Shown here: positions 1 to 9,948 of the stretch, in pieces
Position numbering within the stretch: the stretch's first letter is position 1
How the letters are laid out: the number at the start of each line of letters is the position of its first letter
Source of the DNA: Escherichia phage FEC14
Strand: one strand, 5' to 3'
DNA length: 64,000 nucleotides
Sequence record: MG383452
Translations under genes and position numbers: made by a program
The notes under the pieces: model-generated
The model's database searches: none
Told to the model about the DNA's origin: nothing
The model's input: the letters and a program-made list of their open reading frames with translations, nothing else

Positions 1-300
1 TATTCATCCGTGCGATCAGGCGCGGCGTTAGGATACAGCGACTCATAAAGATCTTGGTATTTGGCGCTGGTCTCGATGGTCTTGGTATAAGTTCCACCAG
101 CGCGATCGGTAACGACTTTGCGCAGATCAACGGCTTTGATGCCTGTTTCTTTTGCCAATTCAGCCAGGGCTTCGGTAACAAAGGTCTGTTCAGACTTGAT
201 ACGGATCTGGGCGGCGCGACAATTTTCTAAAGTCTGCATCATCTTTTGACGCAGTTTTGGATCAGAAGGGAGTTGATAAAAACCAATTTGTTCAACTGAC
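1..300 (-). CDS. hypothetical protein, N-terminal 100 codons only (gene runs off window start)
   Basis: ATG at 300-298 on minus strand opens a frame with no stop before position 1 (MSVEQIGFYQLPSDPKLRQKMMQ...); absent from ORF track because truncated. Confidence 0.35.
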
Positions 301-314
301 ATAATATATCCTCA

Positions 315-647
315 TTAATGACGAGAACCGAGTGGACCGATACTGGTTCCCAAACGGCGCAGGAAGAAATAAACGATACTGTGAAAACCAAACTTAGGAA
401 TAATATCAACGCCTTCAACATTGTAATATTCCTGAGTGTTGGTCTGTACTGGCAACGGAAAAGACGGAAGATCAAGCTGAACCAATTCACCTGGTTCGCA
501 ATGTATCTTGACATTCTTACCCCAATGCCGACGATTCTTATAAAATTCTAGAGTCTGCTCTGTAGTGAGTTTGAGACTGGTTTCTCCAGACTGGCACACC
601 TGTTGTGCCGCCCGAATCAGGTCAGCTATAAATGCAACATCCGACAT
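315..647 (-). CDS. hypothetical protein (110 aa) downstream of helicase gene
   Basis: ORF track; ATG preceded by GGAG 8 nt upstream; tightly packed after gene 41. Confidence 0.45.
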   Translation of the reverse strand: MSDVAFIADLIRAAQQVCQSGETSLKLTTEQTLEFYKNRRHWGKNVKIHCEPGELVQLDLPSFPLPVQTNTQEYYNVEGVDIIPKFGFHSIVYFFLRRLGTSIGPLGSRH

Positions 648-710
648 GATGTGCTCCTGGGTTAATATTCAGATCATAGAGATTATACCCTATGATCACC
701 ATTATTGAAG

Positions 711-2141
711 TTAACCGAAATTCCAATTATTCACGGTCTCGGCTTTCTTGACATCATTTACGTCGCCTGTTTTGTTTAAGTCATGTTTGATATGAACATT
801 CTCAACATAACGGGCTTCCTCTTCTGTCAGGTCTCGCTTGACTTCATTCCAATCCAAGTCAAACAATATCTGTTTATCTTGATCCATACCGAACAAGAAC
901 GATTTGAGTTTCTGTTTATTGGCATAACGGTTTTTCAAGATAGACGCTCGGGCTTTCTTAACAGCCGCCAGTTCATCAGGGGCATAGAACGCCATGATGA
1001 AGTCTGCAACCTTCGGAATACCGATAGCATCTGCCAGGTCGCTAATATTACCATCAGTCGCCGATTGTTTTTCACGGATAAATTGCATACCTGTCCATAC
1101 AGGGCAATCAAATTCAAATCCAAGCGCACGGAATTCACGCGCCACCGACGTATAATACACGTTGGTGTTCTGCATTAAATGGGCAGGAAGGCGAGAAGAC
1201 GCTGATTCACCCAAGTAGTCTATAATAATGACGTCCGGCGTAATTCCCGTGGATGTCGCATAATCAAGGATATCGCGGCGATATAGTCCTGTATGCCCAG
1301 CGCCTGAAGGATATTCCTTGATAACAATATCACCCTTCATGGAACCGTCTTGACGAGTTCGCAACTTTTGTATCGTGGCGACATATTCATGTCGTGAGAG
1401 CTTCTCTAAGGACTCGAAGTCCCTGCGCATCATACGGGCATCAAGGCGGTGACGCCAGACGTTCTCAGCCACTTCTAGGGTGAATACGAATACGTTCAAC
1501 CCTTGCTCGGAGTAACCAGCAGCCAAATCAATCAGAGTTGTTGTCTTACCCGCATTAATTGCACCCGTCACGATGTTCAGCGTTTTCTTACCAACACCAC
1601 CACGAGTCGCTTTGTTGAATATCTCTACAGCGAAAGGAATCTTCGCTTCATTAGAGTTCATGTGGTCGTATTGTTGTTCAGCCATTTCCCAATAGATATG
1701 GCCAAGATAAGAATCAAAACTTATCGCCAACGCCTCTTGTAGGAGAGTTGGAATCGTGTTCATCTCATCTTTACGTTTCTCATCACCATAGATGTTGACG
1801 GCGTGTTTGATCGCATTATGAACAGCTTTCTGCCGCGCCCAACTTTCTGTTTCTTTTACAAGCCATTCCTGATGGAATGTGTTGTCATTGATATTCTCAA
1901 GAGCAGAAATAGCTTGTTCAAATACGTGTTCGTTGAGCGAAGTCTTTTCCAGCATAATAGACAACGCTTCAACCGAAGGACGAGCATTATATTCGCAAGT
2001 GTAATGGTCAATGAGACCGAATATAATTTTCTCGCCTTCGTTATCGAAATAATCGGCTTTCAAATACGGCTGGATCTTTCTTTGATATTCTTCGTTATAG
2101 ATTAATTGGGAAAGCACGACAGATTCGAGTAACATTGGCAA
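711..2141 (-). CDS. 41: replicative DNA helicase, T4 gp41-like (DnaB family)
   Basis: 476 aa; Walker A GAINAGKTT; motifs WLVKETE, ALAISFDSYLGH, IIIDYLGE match T4 gp41; uvsX-40-41 synteny. Confidence 0.9.
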   Translation of the reverse strand: MPMLLESVVLSQLIYNEEYQRKIQPYLKADYFDNEGEKIIFGLIDHYTCEYNARPSVEALSIMLEKTSLNEHVFEQAISALENINDNTFHQEWLVKETESWARQKAVHNAIKHAVNIYGDEKRKDEMNTIPTLLQEALAISFDSYLGHIYWEMAEQQYDHMNSNEAKIPFAVEIFNKATRGGVGKKTLNIVTGAINAGKTTTLIDLAAGYSEQGLNVFVFTLEVAENVWRHRLDARMMRRDFESLEKLSRHEYVATIQKLRTRQDGSMKGDIVIKEYPSGAGHTGLYRRDILDYATSTGITPDVIIIDYLGESASSRLPAHLMQNTNVYYTSVAREFRALGFEFDCPVWTGMQFIREKQSATDGNISDLADAIGIPKVADFIMAFYAPDELAAVKKARASILKNRYANKQKLKSFLFGMDQDKQILFDLDWNEVKRDLTEEEARYVENVHIKHDLNKTGDVNDVKKAETVNNWNFG

Positions 2142-2471
2142 CTACCCCACCAAAATTTTGTTGTAATCCTGAGCATTTTGCTGTATCAGATCAACTAAGA
2201 TATCCCCAGACACCACAGTGAACAAGTCATTTTCTTTCAAATTAACAAATAACAAACGCCATGGTTTCTTCAATATATCTGTTGTAAAGGATAACCGAGG
2301 CTCTCCATTGTCTAAATGGACACCCACTTTCCCTATACGAAATTGAACGCCACGGAATTTGCCTTCCGTTATTTCGATTATTGCTAACTGATCAGAACCA
2401 GGGTCGATGATTTTGTAATTAACGGGGGAGTCTCCTCCCCCTGCAATATTACTCGGTTGTTTTGATGACAT
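2142..2471 (-). CDS. hypothetical protein in the position of T4 gene 40
   Basis: 109-aa ORF between uvsX and 41; assignment by synteny only, no sequence motif recognised. Confidence 0.4.
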   Translation of the reverse strand: MSSKQPSNIAGGGDSPVNYKIIDPGSDQLAIIEITEGKFRGVQFRIGKVGVHLDNGEPRLSFTTDILKKPWRLLFVNLKENDLFTVVSGDILVDLIQQNAQDYNKILVG

Positions 2472-3534
2472 TATCGAGGCGCTCCAGCATATCTGCAGGC
2501 ATAACCGAACTCTGAGAGATACCGAACATGTTGTTCACATCGTCAACAAAGTCTGGGTTTTCCAGCAGCGGATACCAGAAGTCATCCCCCAGCTCTGCCT
2601 TACGATATTTCTTTTCTTTTTCTGGATCAAACCCGCCTTTGGCAGTGCGTTGATACCAAGAACCACTCACCAAATCCACATACCCCAGCATGCGCGCAAT
2701 TTCTAACATACCGGACCAACGGTCAATACCGCCTTCATACAACACAGTGACAGGGAACTTGGCTTTTTCACGGACAAAGCGGCCTTTCATAATGTTGACT
2801 GTAAACTGCCATCCCAAAAGGTCTTTGTCTTCTTTAACTTGAGAACGCGTGATGAACCACAATTGGTTAGAAGACAGGAACCCCTGTTTACCGCCTTTGA
2901 TGTTCGGCTCGGCGTATTGGTTCCCGATTTCATCATAGTACGAGTTGATCCATACCAAAACGAATTTCTTTTCAGTGACCAACGGGGTGATAACACGCCA
3001 AAAACTATTGAGAGCGCGAGCGCGGGTCATATCTTGTGTGTCTTTGCCCGCGATGGCATCATCAACTTCTTTGGTAGACGGCAACTGGCTGATTGAGTCA
3101 ATGAATACGATGATCTTGTCACCTTTCTGTGCATCGTTCAGAAGCTGTGTCAGCTTGATCTTCGTCTTTTCAACGTTTTCAATTGGCAGATACAAGACAC
3201 GGTCCATGTCAATACCCATAGATGTCCAGTAGTTTTCATTCGCACCGCCTTCTGAATCCGCGAAGATACAAATTGCATCAGGAAACTTATCCATGTAAGC
3301 CTTAACATCCACCAGCCCAAACATGGTTTTGAATGTACGAGAATCCCCCACCAACTGTTTGATGCCTGATATCAGACCACCATCAATACGACCGGACCAG
3401 GCCAAATTCAGAATAGGAATACCCGTACTGCAAATAATGTCAGGCTTCAGCGCATCGGTCTTTGACAGCACTTCGGCATTCGGGTCCAGTTTCTTTGCTG
3501 TCTTGAGCATGCGAGCCATCAATGAATCGGCCAT
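2449..3534 (-). CDS. uvsX: UvsX RecA-like recombinase
   Basis: 361 aa; P-loop variant GDSRTFKT (T4 GPSKSFKS), DMTRA and GGxQGF motifs collinear with T4 UvsX. Confidence 0.85.
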   Translation of the reverse strand: MADSLMARMLKTAKKLDPNAEVLSKTDALKPDIICSTGIPILNLAWSGRIDGGLISGIKQLVGDSRTFKTMFGLVDVKAYMDKFPDAICIFADSEGGANENYWTSMGIDMDRVLYLPIENVEKTKIKLTQLLNDAQKGDKIIVFIDSISQLPSTKEVDDAIAGKDTQDMTRARALNSFWRVITPLVTEKKFVLVWINSYYDEIGNQYAEPNIKGGKQGFLSSNQLWFITRSQVKEDKDLLGWQFTVNIMKGRFVREKAKFPVTVLYEGGIDRWSGMLEIARMLGYVDLVSGSWYQRTAKGGFDPEKEKKYRKAELGDDFWYPLLENPDFVDDVNNMFGISQSSVMPADMLERLDNVIKTTE

Positions 3535-4049
3535 TTCGTTTCCTCTTGCTTGTTGATCGTAATTAATAAATCGGTGCCCAAGACTTTCTTGGACAATATA
3601 TTGATTGCTTCGTGAATCGCCATTATTGACGGGAGTTTTTCATCGTTAATTTCGGAACCCCCGCGTTCTGTTAAATACATATTACGCAGACGATTGTGCT
3701 GTGCCCTGTTGACACAAGAAACATTCAATGCGATATTCAGGATATACATCATTTGTTCAGTTGTAACATCCTTTGGAATAGCATGAACATAATATATCGC
3801 ATCTTCAAAATAGATATGCTGTAATGACTCTGGAATTTCTTCCCCGCCAAAAGCAAAATCTTCAATGCGTTTAAATAGTGTTTCCGGCTCTGGTGTTGTA
3901 ATATGTTGTGTTACAGTAGCCGCACCATCTGGCTCTTTCTTGAAATTGGTCGCAATAACGACATGACCGCCTGGTTTAATAAACTCAGCGAAGTTCTCTG
4001 CCATGTACGGGGCATGTTCCGCATAATATGATACGACAACTGTAAACAT
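3519..4049 (-). CDS. hypothetical protein (176 aa)
   Basis: ORF track; operon context between uvsX and nucleotide-metabolism genes. Confidence 0.4.
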   Translation of the reverse strand: MFTVVVSYYAEHAPYMAENFAEFIKPGGHVVIATNFKKEPDGAATVTQHITTPEPETLFKRIEDFAFGGEEIPESLQHIYFEDAIYYVHAIPKDVTTEQMMYILNIALNVSCVNRAQHNRLRNMYLTERGGSEINDEKLPSIMAIHEAINILSKKVLGTDLLITINKQEETKWPIH

Positions 4050-4600
4050 TAGAACTCCAGAGTCAGAGGGGTTTCGGCAGACTTGTCATAGTTCGCACCG
4101 CCAGCAGCACGTAGACGATTGCGATCGTTCTTGCGCTTGTGGGCCAGCATATAGGTTTCGGTGTCCAGATCCAAATAACCACAAGCCTTTGATAAAAACC
4201 GCACAAAACGGATAACATCTGGTTGAACCATAAATGACGTAAAACATTCTGTGACCGATTCCAGATTGGCCGATTTGTCTATCACTCGTCCGTCCTTGAA
4301 GAAAAGGTCAATCTGCATTTCAACTGGGAAAGCAGAACCAAATCCAGATAAAATGGAAGACAACATAAAATGTACCACGTCCACCAATTCGTAGACAGCT
4401 GCTTCTCGGTCATATTGTATCCCACCGCCATAGATTTTCCAGTCCTGGGTTGTTTCGTCAAGAAACTCTGCCCACTCACGATAGATGGAGTTCACCACCG
4501 CCACATGAGTCCAATGTTTACGCCACTCTTCCCCAAAATAGGCCACGTTGGTGGCCTTTTGAAGTTCGAGCAGACTTTTGATATGCTCTGCTGTGATCAT
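4049..4600 (-). CDS. putative MazG-like all-alpha NTP pyrophosphatase (T4 gp56 dCTPase/dUTPase-like)
   Basis: 183 aa; acidic helix pattern REWAEFLDE ... EAAVYELVDVVHF typical of MazG/HisE fold; context with dNMP kinase and hydroxymethylase. Confidence 0.4.
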   Translation of the reverse strand: MITAEHIKSLLELQKATNVAYFGEEWRKHWTHVAVVNSIYREWAEFLDETTQDWKIYGGGIQYDREAAVYELVDVVHFMLSSILSGFGSAFPVEMQIDLFFKDGRVIDKSANLESVTECFTSFMVQPDVIRFVRFLSKACGYLDLDTETYMLAHKRKNDRNRLRAAGGANYDKSAETPLTLEF

Positions 4601-5166
4601 TTCCGTTCCCTATAAAATTTGACGAATGGTTGCCAACCTTCAAATGGGTTAACAAATTCATAATCAACTTTCATCTCATCAATGAAAGCCTCTATGTCGT
4701 CCTCTATGATACCGCCGCGATCTGCCTTTGAAATGCGGGTGATGGGACATTTAGTGCTCAGCGCCCATTCATATTCTTGAGGCGTCCGTAGATCACTCAC
4801 AATATAATGAATGTTAGGATTCTGTTCAACTAATGGGAGTTGGTAACGCTTAAAGAAAGACAAAAACAGATCCGGTTGGACATAACGAAGCCCCGTATCG
4901 CTGCCGAGATGAAGCCAGATCTGCCTTGGGGTTAATCCCTTGGGGTTATCTGGGTGAACATATGGCAAGTCCTTGATATCGTCCTCTACTTCCTCTGGCA
5001 ACCAAGGATAGATGTAATGAGCCACCCGACGCAACTCGTCCGAGAAAGATAAGCGCTGGATGTCCATATCACCCTGTAAATGGTGATAGCTGATGAGGGA
5101 CTCCAAACAGAAGTCCTTGCCGGAGCGCTTGCGCCCCGTAAAGAATTCAAGGTTCGGATACATCAT
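4597..5166 (-). CDS. 1: deoxynucleoside monophosphate kinase (T4 gene 1-like)
   Basis: 189 aa; N-terminal P-loop FFTGRKRSGKDF matches T4 gp1 FLSGVKRSGKDT. Confidence 0.55.
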   Translation of the reverse strand: MMYPNLEFFTGRKRSGKDFCLESLISYHHLQGDMDIQRLSFSDELRRVAHYIYPWLPEEVEDDIKDLPYVHPDNPKGLTPRQIWLHLGSDTGLRYVQPDLFLSFFKRYQLPLVEQNPNIHYIVSDLRTPQEYEWALSTKCPITRISKADRGGIIEDDIEAFIDEMKVDYEFVNPFEGWQPFVKFYRERK

Positions 5167-6212
5167 ACTGCACCTTCCAAGAACTTGGGATCAACGATCT
5201 TGCGGTCAATCGGAGAATGGGCGAGCGCGATGTTCAAACCATGATCCTGAATCAGGTTCATGTTGATGAGCTTGTCGTTCAGTTTGCAGTACAGGCAGTA
5301 CGCCATCTGCACGATCAGGCCGCGATCCGCGCCGTACTCCTTCAGGTGAGCGACAACAGTTTCCCACGGGCTGCCGATATCACAGTGATGAAGCACACCA
5401 GTGAACAGATTGCGGATATGGTTCTGGTTGGTCACGTTCGTGAAGTAGATCATGGAGTTGATGAAACCACCAGTGACTTTTGTGTCTTTGGTGATCTTGC
5501 CAAGCTGCTTCTGGCTGACTTCATTGTTGTAGTAATGAAGATTGTTAGAGAATAGCTTGTACTGACCGACATCAACATCTAACACCTGAGCAATCACTTC
5601 CTGAAGAATAGAGAACTCAATGAAGTTGATTGAACTCATCCCCCACAGAACATCCTGTGAGCGGTTGATGACCGTCAGGTTCAGACGACCTTCAACGATG
5701 GCGAACAACAGAGCCAGGTTACACACCATGTCCTTAGTCTTTGCTTCGCCGCTCTCGCTGAACTTCGCCAGACCAGCATCCGAATCTAGAGCCGGATCAT
5801 AGATGGTGAGGTACGCTTGACGAGTATTTGGGTTCTTGCGTAGGCGGTTGATAACGCTATCCAGCTGGCCATGGGCGTACAGACGCGGACCATAAGCGGC
5901 TCGCCATGTATGGCCATTATCAGAGAAGTTGGCGGCGCGAGGGAGGACACGGGACAAGAAGCGCACATCATCGCGCCCAGACAGAACCCAGAAGGTCTCG
6001 CCGATGGCAGCAATAGCCGATGAGTTGCGTCCTTCAACAGACAGCCAACGGTCGCGGATGTCAGAGACGGTGATCGTCACGCCATCAATAAAACGAGTGC
6101 CGTCTGTGTTGATCTCCGCGTTACCAGGGTCAGATTCAATCCCGTGCTCACGGATAGCCAAGACAGCCTGTTTCAGCATGTCGTTGTTGTTAATTGCTTT
6201 GATTTCCATCAA
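5163..6212 (-). CDS. thymidylate synthase / dCMP hydroxymethylase superfamily enzyme; putative pyrimidine deoxynucleotide hydroxymethylase
   Basis: 349 aa; nucleophile Cys in KDMVCNLALLF followed 20 residues later by RSQDVLWGMSSINF, same spacing as T4 gp42 MCTN...RSND and TS PCH...RSxD...FN; NTRQAYLTIYDP loop; no TS-type His after Cys. Confidence 0.7.
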   Translation of the reverse strand: MMEIKAINNNDMLKQAVLAIREHGIESDPGNAEINTDGTRFIDGVTITVSDIRDRWLSVEGRNSSAIAAIGETFWVLSGRDDVRFLSRVLPRAANFSDNGHTWRAAYGPRLYAHGQLDSVINRLRKNPNTRQAYLTIYDPALDSDAGLAKFSESGEAKTKDMVCNLALLFAIVEGRLNLTVINRSQDVLWGMSSINFIEFSILQEVIAQVLDVDVGQYKLFSNNLHYYNNEVSQKQLGKITKDTKVTGGFINSMIYFTNVTNQNHIRNLFTGVLHHCDIGSPWETVVAHLKEYGADRGLIVQMAYCLYCKLNDKLINMNLIQDHGLNIALAHSPIDRKIVDPKFLEGAV

Positions 6213-6883
6213 TAAATACTCCCAAAATCACGATTGAGAAACGCAAAAACAGCCTGCTCTACAGTCAGGCCATCGGACTTCATCATACCTGCGGGAACGG
6301 TAGGGAACAAGCCTTTATGCCGTTGACGATGATCATGAACTCTCTCCCACTTCTCGACCACCAGACTTTCATTGAAGTCTGCGCCACCGTTACGCGATTT
6401 GACACGGGCAATACAGGTTTCAAGAGGGGTATCCATAAAGAGGACGACCAATTCACGTGGTGGGCGTGTCAGGCGGGGAATCCAAGAACTCAATAATGTA
6501 GACGGAATGATGCCTTCGAAAATCACATCATATTTCAGGTATTCTGGTTGGTCAGCAATAGACAACGCGAACAACATCTGCTCAGTATCCTTCAGAGAAT
6601 CAACCCCTTTGGACTTAGACTTGTCATATTTACCGACACAGACAATATTGTAAGATGGACAAACCGTGAGCATGATCTTACTGTTATGGGTTACGACATA
6701 CGCCTGAGGATCATTCTCCGCCAAATAAGAGGGCACAGTAGACTTACCACTACCATTGGAGCCTTTAATGTAATACAACTCTCCTCGTGCCGAATATTCC
6801 CCTTCTACAGTAGGTGGTTTGACAAACAAATGCACAGGGCGCTTCAACAGCCCTTTGAGCGAATAAGACATGACATGCTCCAA
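6209..6883 (-). CDS. PNK-type P-loop kinase; candidate 5-hydroxymethyl-deoxyuridine DNA kinase or nucleotide kinase
   Basis: 224 aa; Walker A GSNGSGKST (polynucleotide-kinase style, unlike the RSGKD dNMP kinase), Walker B-like VIFEGII; immediately upstream of hydroxymethylase. Confidence 0.45.
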   Translation of the reverse strand: MEHVMSYSLKGLLKRPVHLFVKPPTVEGEYSARGELYYIKGSNGSGKSTVPSYLAENDPQAYVVTHNSKIMLTVCPSYNIVCVGKYDKSKSKGVDSLKDTEQMLFALSIADQPEYLKYDVIFEGIIPSTLLSSWIPRLTRPPRELVVLFMDTPLETCIARVKSRNGGADFNESLVVEKWERVHDHRQRHKGLFPTVPAGMMKSDGLTVEQAVFAFLNRDFGSIY

Positions 6884-6943
6884 TAAACAAAAGGAGCTGC
6901 TATTATAGCAGCCCCTTTATCTATTGAACGCTTCTGAATTAAA

Positions 6944-7903
6944 TTACGCAGCAGCTTTCGCTTCGGCCAACGCCTGAGGCAACCATTCATTGATTGCTTT
7001 CACCAGAGATTCGGCATCAGTTTCTTTGATTTTCTGGCGTTTGGTGAATGATTTACCATTCACATACAGACTGAACCCCCAGCCGCCGGAAACGATCGGC
7101 GCCAGATCAACATAAGTATTGGTGCGGGCGTGTGGATTGGCTTCATCTGCCAGTTCGGTAACAGGGAACTGGAACCAGCGCATATCCGGATTCACATAGC
7201 TCAAATAAACCCCAGGCACAACCCCTGATTCAACCGCAGCCAGGATAGGACCATAATTGGATGCGCGAGCCGCTTCAACCATTTCTTCACGCTTGTTATG
7301 ACGACGCTTGCGTTCTTCGGTAGAAGATGCAGGGCGCATTTCAGAAGATTTCTTGGCCAGAACCGCCTTCGCGTTCGCTAAAGCCTGATCATCCTTCGGA
7401 TTTTCAACGTCGGCGATTGCTTCAGCAACGGTTGTGCCCAGCATACGACGGCGAACTTCTTCAGCACGGGCTTGCGCTTCTTCGTCAAGAACTTCTTCGC
7501 CTTCAACTACCAGGGAAATGGAACCGTCTTTGTTGACTTCAAGAGAACCGTCTTCGACGGTCTGGGAATTTTGATCACCGACAGGTTGCCCAACCGTTTC
7601 TTCGGCGTCAATCACCGGATTTGATTCACCGTCGCCCTGTTTAACCCCCGCATCTTCGGTCGGTTTAACTTTTTCGGCTTCAGCGCGGTCAAGAGCTTCG
7701 AGAGTCTCTTCTTTCTCTTCCTGGCTCAGACCTTCGATGAGTTCAAAGCCATTGGCTGACTGGAGGACGCCTTCCATCATACGGCGTAACGTGACGTTGC
7801 CGATGATAAGGTCTGCACCTTTGATTTCTGCTTGAAGATCAGCAGCGGTTTTACCATCAATTTCAAATTTCAGGCCGGACTCGATATGAAGAATATAGGA
7901 CAT
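6944..7903 (-). CDS. hypothetical acidic protein (319 aa)
   Basis: ORF track; long acidic/coiled central region; preceded by sigma70-like promoter. Confidence 0.5.
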   Translation of the reverse strand: MSYILHIESGLKFEIDGKTAADLQAEIKGADLIIGNVTLRRMMEGVLQSANGFELIEGLSQEEKEETLEALDRAEAEKVKPTEDAGVKQGDGESNPVIDAEETVGQPVGDQNSQTVEDGSLEVNKDGSISLVVEGEEVLDEEAQARAEEVRRRMLGTTVAEAIADVENPKDDQALANAKAVLAKKSSEMRPASSTEERKRRHNKREEMVEAARASNYGPILAAVESGVVPGVYLSYVNPDMRWFQFPVTELADEANPHARTNTYVDLAPIVSGGWGFSLYVNGKSFTKRQKIKETDAESLVKAINEWLPQALAEAKAAA

Positions 7904-7970
7904 AATAAAAACCCTTTTGTGTAGTAACCTTCTTTGGCAGTTTAATGTTCAACTGTGCGTCTGGAACATT

Positions 7971-8000
7971 AATATACTGCCTTTTTAGAAGATGTAAACC
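7971..8000 (-). promoter_or_regulatory. sigma70-like early promoter (-35 GTTTAC, 17-nt spacer, -10 TATATT) reading into gene ending at 7903
   Basis: minus-strand GTTTACA at 7999-7993 and TATATT at 7976-7971; matches T4 early promoter architecture. Confidence 0.35.
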
Positions 8001-8076
8001 ACTTTTTATTGAAAAGTTGGTTAACACTTCTGTGTTAGACAACGGAACGCTGTATCAGCGCGGACTGGCGTGAATA

Positions 8077-8364
8077 TTAACTTTGTATATCAATATTGAA
8101 AACTGTTTCAGGTGGCCACATGGCAGACAACTCGATTTGTGTGAATTTGGGTTGAACATACTGGTCCAAAACTTCGTCCCAGAGAGCATGTTCTATGTTG
8201 GCAATCAACAATTCGTCGTCCACTATTTCGACGGAATGAACCACTATCCGGTGGTCATAAGTCAAAGCATCGCTCACATGATCATTTTCTGCTCTCAGGT
8301 GCTGCATTATGAAATATTCGATTACAGATTCCAGTACCGTGTTCAGGCGAACATATTTCTTCAT
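8077..8364 (-). CDS. hypothetical protein (95 aa)
   Basis: ORF track. Confidence 0.4.
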   Translation of the reverse strand: MKKYVRLNTVLESVIEYFIMQHLRAENDHVSDALTYDHRIVVHSVEIVDDELLIANIEHALWDEVLDQYVQPKFTQIELSAMWPPETVFNIDIQS

Positions 8365-8381
8365 ACAGCCCCCTGCTTGTG

Positions 8382-9128
8382 CTACAGATAGAAATTAGGG
8401 ATTTCGCCGGATTCACAACCAAACCCGTTAAAATTCTGCTCAACGTGTAAGCGAATTTTATTCACCACTACCTGACGATGCTCTTCTTCCATACAACGTT
8501 CAATCAAAGAATACGCTGTATATGACAGACTGTTGAACAATCTGGAAATAACAAGGCAATTCTCTTCATTGTAAACGACTTCAGTATGGATTGCGAAAGC
8601 GTGGTCTTCGTCGGTAAGAATTTTACAGCCTTTGACCACAAATGGTTTTTCAAAGAAATCACGAGCTGAATCAGTGCCAGATTCTGGCATTAAACGGAAA
8701 TCGCCTTCTTCGCCGAAAACCGCTTTCAGATTTTCTTTACTGAATTCCGCTTCCATCTGTATACGTTTGTCGGCAAGATATTTCGCCGCAAAGTAGAATT
8801 TACCCACTGCATCATTAGCAGCGCGGCGGTTCGTAGCGGCTTGGGTATAACCAGAAACGAAGTCTTCAATGAATTCCAATGCTTCTGGTTTGCCAAAACG
8901 AATTTCGTCGCCCAGATCCAAGCTGGCTTCGGAATCAAGTTCAATACCCATAACCTTAAGAAGATCCGTTTCATTCAGCCTGTGCTGATTAAACAATTGT
9001 TCCTTGGAATATCCCAACTGGCTACCGAGTTCATATCCGGTTTTACCACCCGAATCTTTATGGGTGCGATCATATCGAACGCAATTAGAACTGAATTCAA
9101 TACCAAAAATACGATGTAGCTGTGACAT
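8382..9128 (-). CDS. hypothetical protein (248 aa)
   Basis: ORF track; no recognisable motif. Confidence 0.5.
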   Translation of the reverse strand: MSQLHRIFGIEFSSNCVRYDRTHKDSGGKTGYELGSQLGYSKEQLFNQHRLNETDLLKVMGIELDSEASLDLGDEIRFGKPEALEFIEDFVSGYTQAATNRRAANDAVGKFYFAAKYLADKRIQMEAEFSKENLKAVFGEEGDFRLMPESGTDSARDFFEKPFVVKGCKILTDEDHAFAIHTEVVYNEENCLVISRLFNSLSYTAYSLIERCMEEEHRQVVVNKIRLHVEQNFNGFGCESGEIPNFYL

Positions 9129-9189
9129 ATCATAACCTCATGTTTATAGAAAGCCGTTCGCGAATTATCACGTAGAACGGCTTTTAGAA

Positions 9190-9894
9190 CTAACCATTTT
9201 TGTGTTTACGACGTGCGTCCTTCCAAACAGACATCTGACTCTGTTTCTGGAATCGAGCAGTACGCATAAACAAAACGACCTCCCAATATTGCGGTTCAAT
9301 TTCATAAAGTTGTGAACGAAATTGATCTGCGCGGTATAATTTGACACAATGATTGTACAAAGGGTGATTCGCAAACCGCTTTAGCGCATCCCAGGTAAGT
9401 CTCAAACGTGTTTTAGAACGATATGCCCGTTCATTTCTCAATTTAATGAGATCTTCAAATACCAACAATCTGAGTTTAGGCGGTAAATAATGGAGGTTTA
9501 GGCCATAAAGATAGGTCACACCACGTTCACCGAATTTCACCCCATCCCCCTTCACAAAATTGAAGAAGAACACCAGAGGATACATATCCCAATACGGGAG
9601 TTCATCTTTAGTCAGCGCATCATATTTGAAATAATACATGCGACCAACAATATAACGCACACCCTGAACAGGACGTTTATTTTCAGCGAATGCTTTCATC
9701 ATGTGATTCGGAGATAAGTTAGCATCTTTCGACACGCGCTCCATAAACCACACATGAGAACGACGGATATTACGCTTCGCTTCCGGCCCAAAATGTTGAC
9801 GATATTTGCGGATGTAACGCTTGACCAGTTCTGGGGCGTCCATCTCGGCGGGAAGCAACAACGGGTCTTCTTCACCCATAGCGTTCTTAGCCAT
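9190..9894 (-). CDS. hypothetical protein (234 aa)
   Basis: ORF track; AAGGAG RBS upstream of ATG; divergent from late gene at 9949. Confidence 0.5.
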   Translation of the reverse strand: MAKNAMGEEDPLLLPAEMDAPELVKRYIRKYRQHFGPEAKRNIRRSHVWFMERVSKDANLSPNHMMKAFAENKRPVQGVRYIVGRMYYFKYDALTKDELPYWDMYPLVFFFNFVKGDGVKFGERGVTYLYGLNLHYLPPKLRLLVFEDLIKLRNERAYRSKTRLRLTWDALKRFANHPLYNHCVKLYRADQFRSQLYEIEPQYWEVVLFMRTARFQKQSQMSVWKDARRKHKNG

Positions 9895-9906
9895 TTGTCA
9901 ACTCCT

Positions 9907-9914
9907 TATAAATA
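9907..9914 (+). promoter_or_regulatory. T4-type late promoter TATAAATA
   Basis: exact TATAAATA about 35 nt upstream of the plus-strand gene start. Confidence 0.5.
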
Positions 9915-9948
9915 TCAACAGATATATTATTTAAATGGAGTCCTCATC

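Noticed and set aside
239-551. Overlapping ORFs 239-514 (-) and 318-551 (+) from the six-frame track
   Set aside because: Both lie inside or antisense to the better-supported 315-647 minus-strand gene, which has a GGAG RBS; treated as shadow frames.
783-2105. Plus-strand ORFs 783-1178, 1503-1742, 1803-2105 inside the helicase gene
   Set aside because: Antisense to a confidently identified gp41 gene; no RBS; typical shadow ORFs.
9754-9948. 5-prime 65 codons of tracked ORF 9754-10893
   Set aside because: Contains no start codon context, overlaps the divergent minus-strand gene and lies upstream of the late promoter that must drive the gene.
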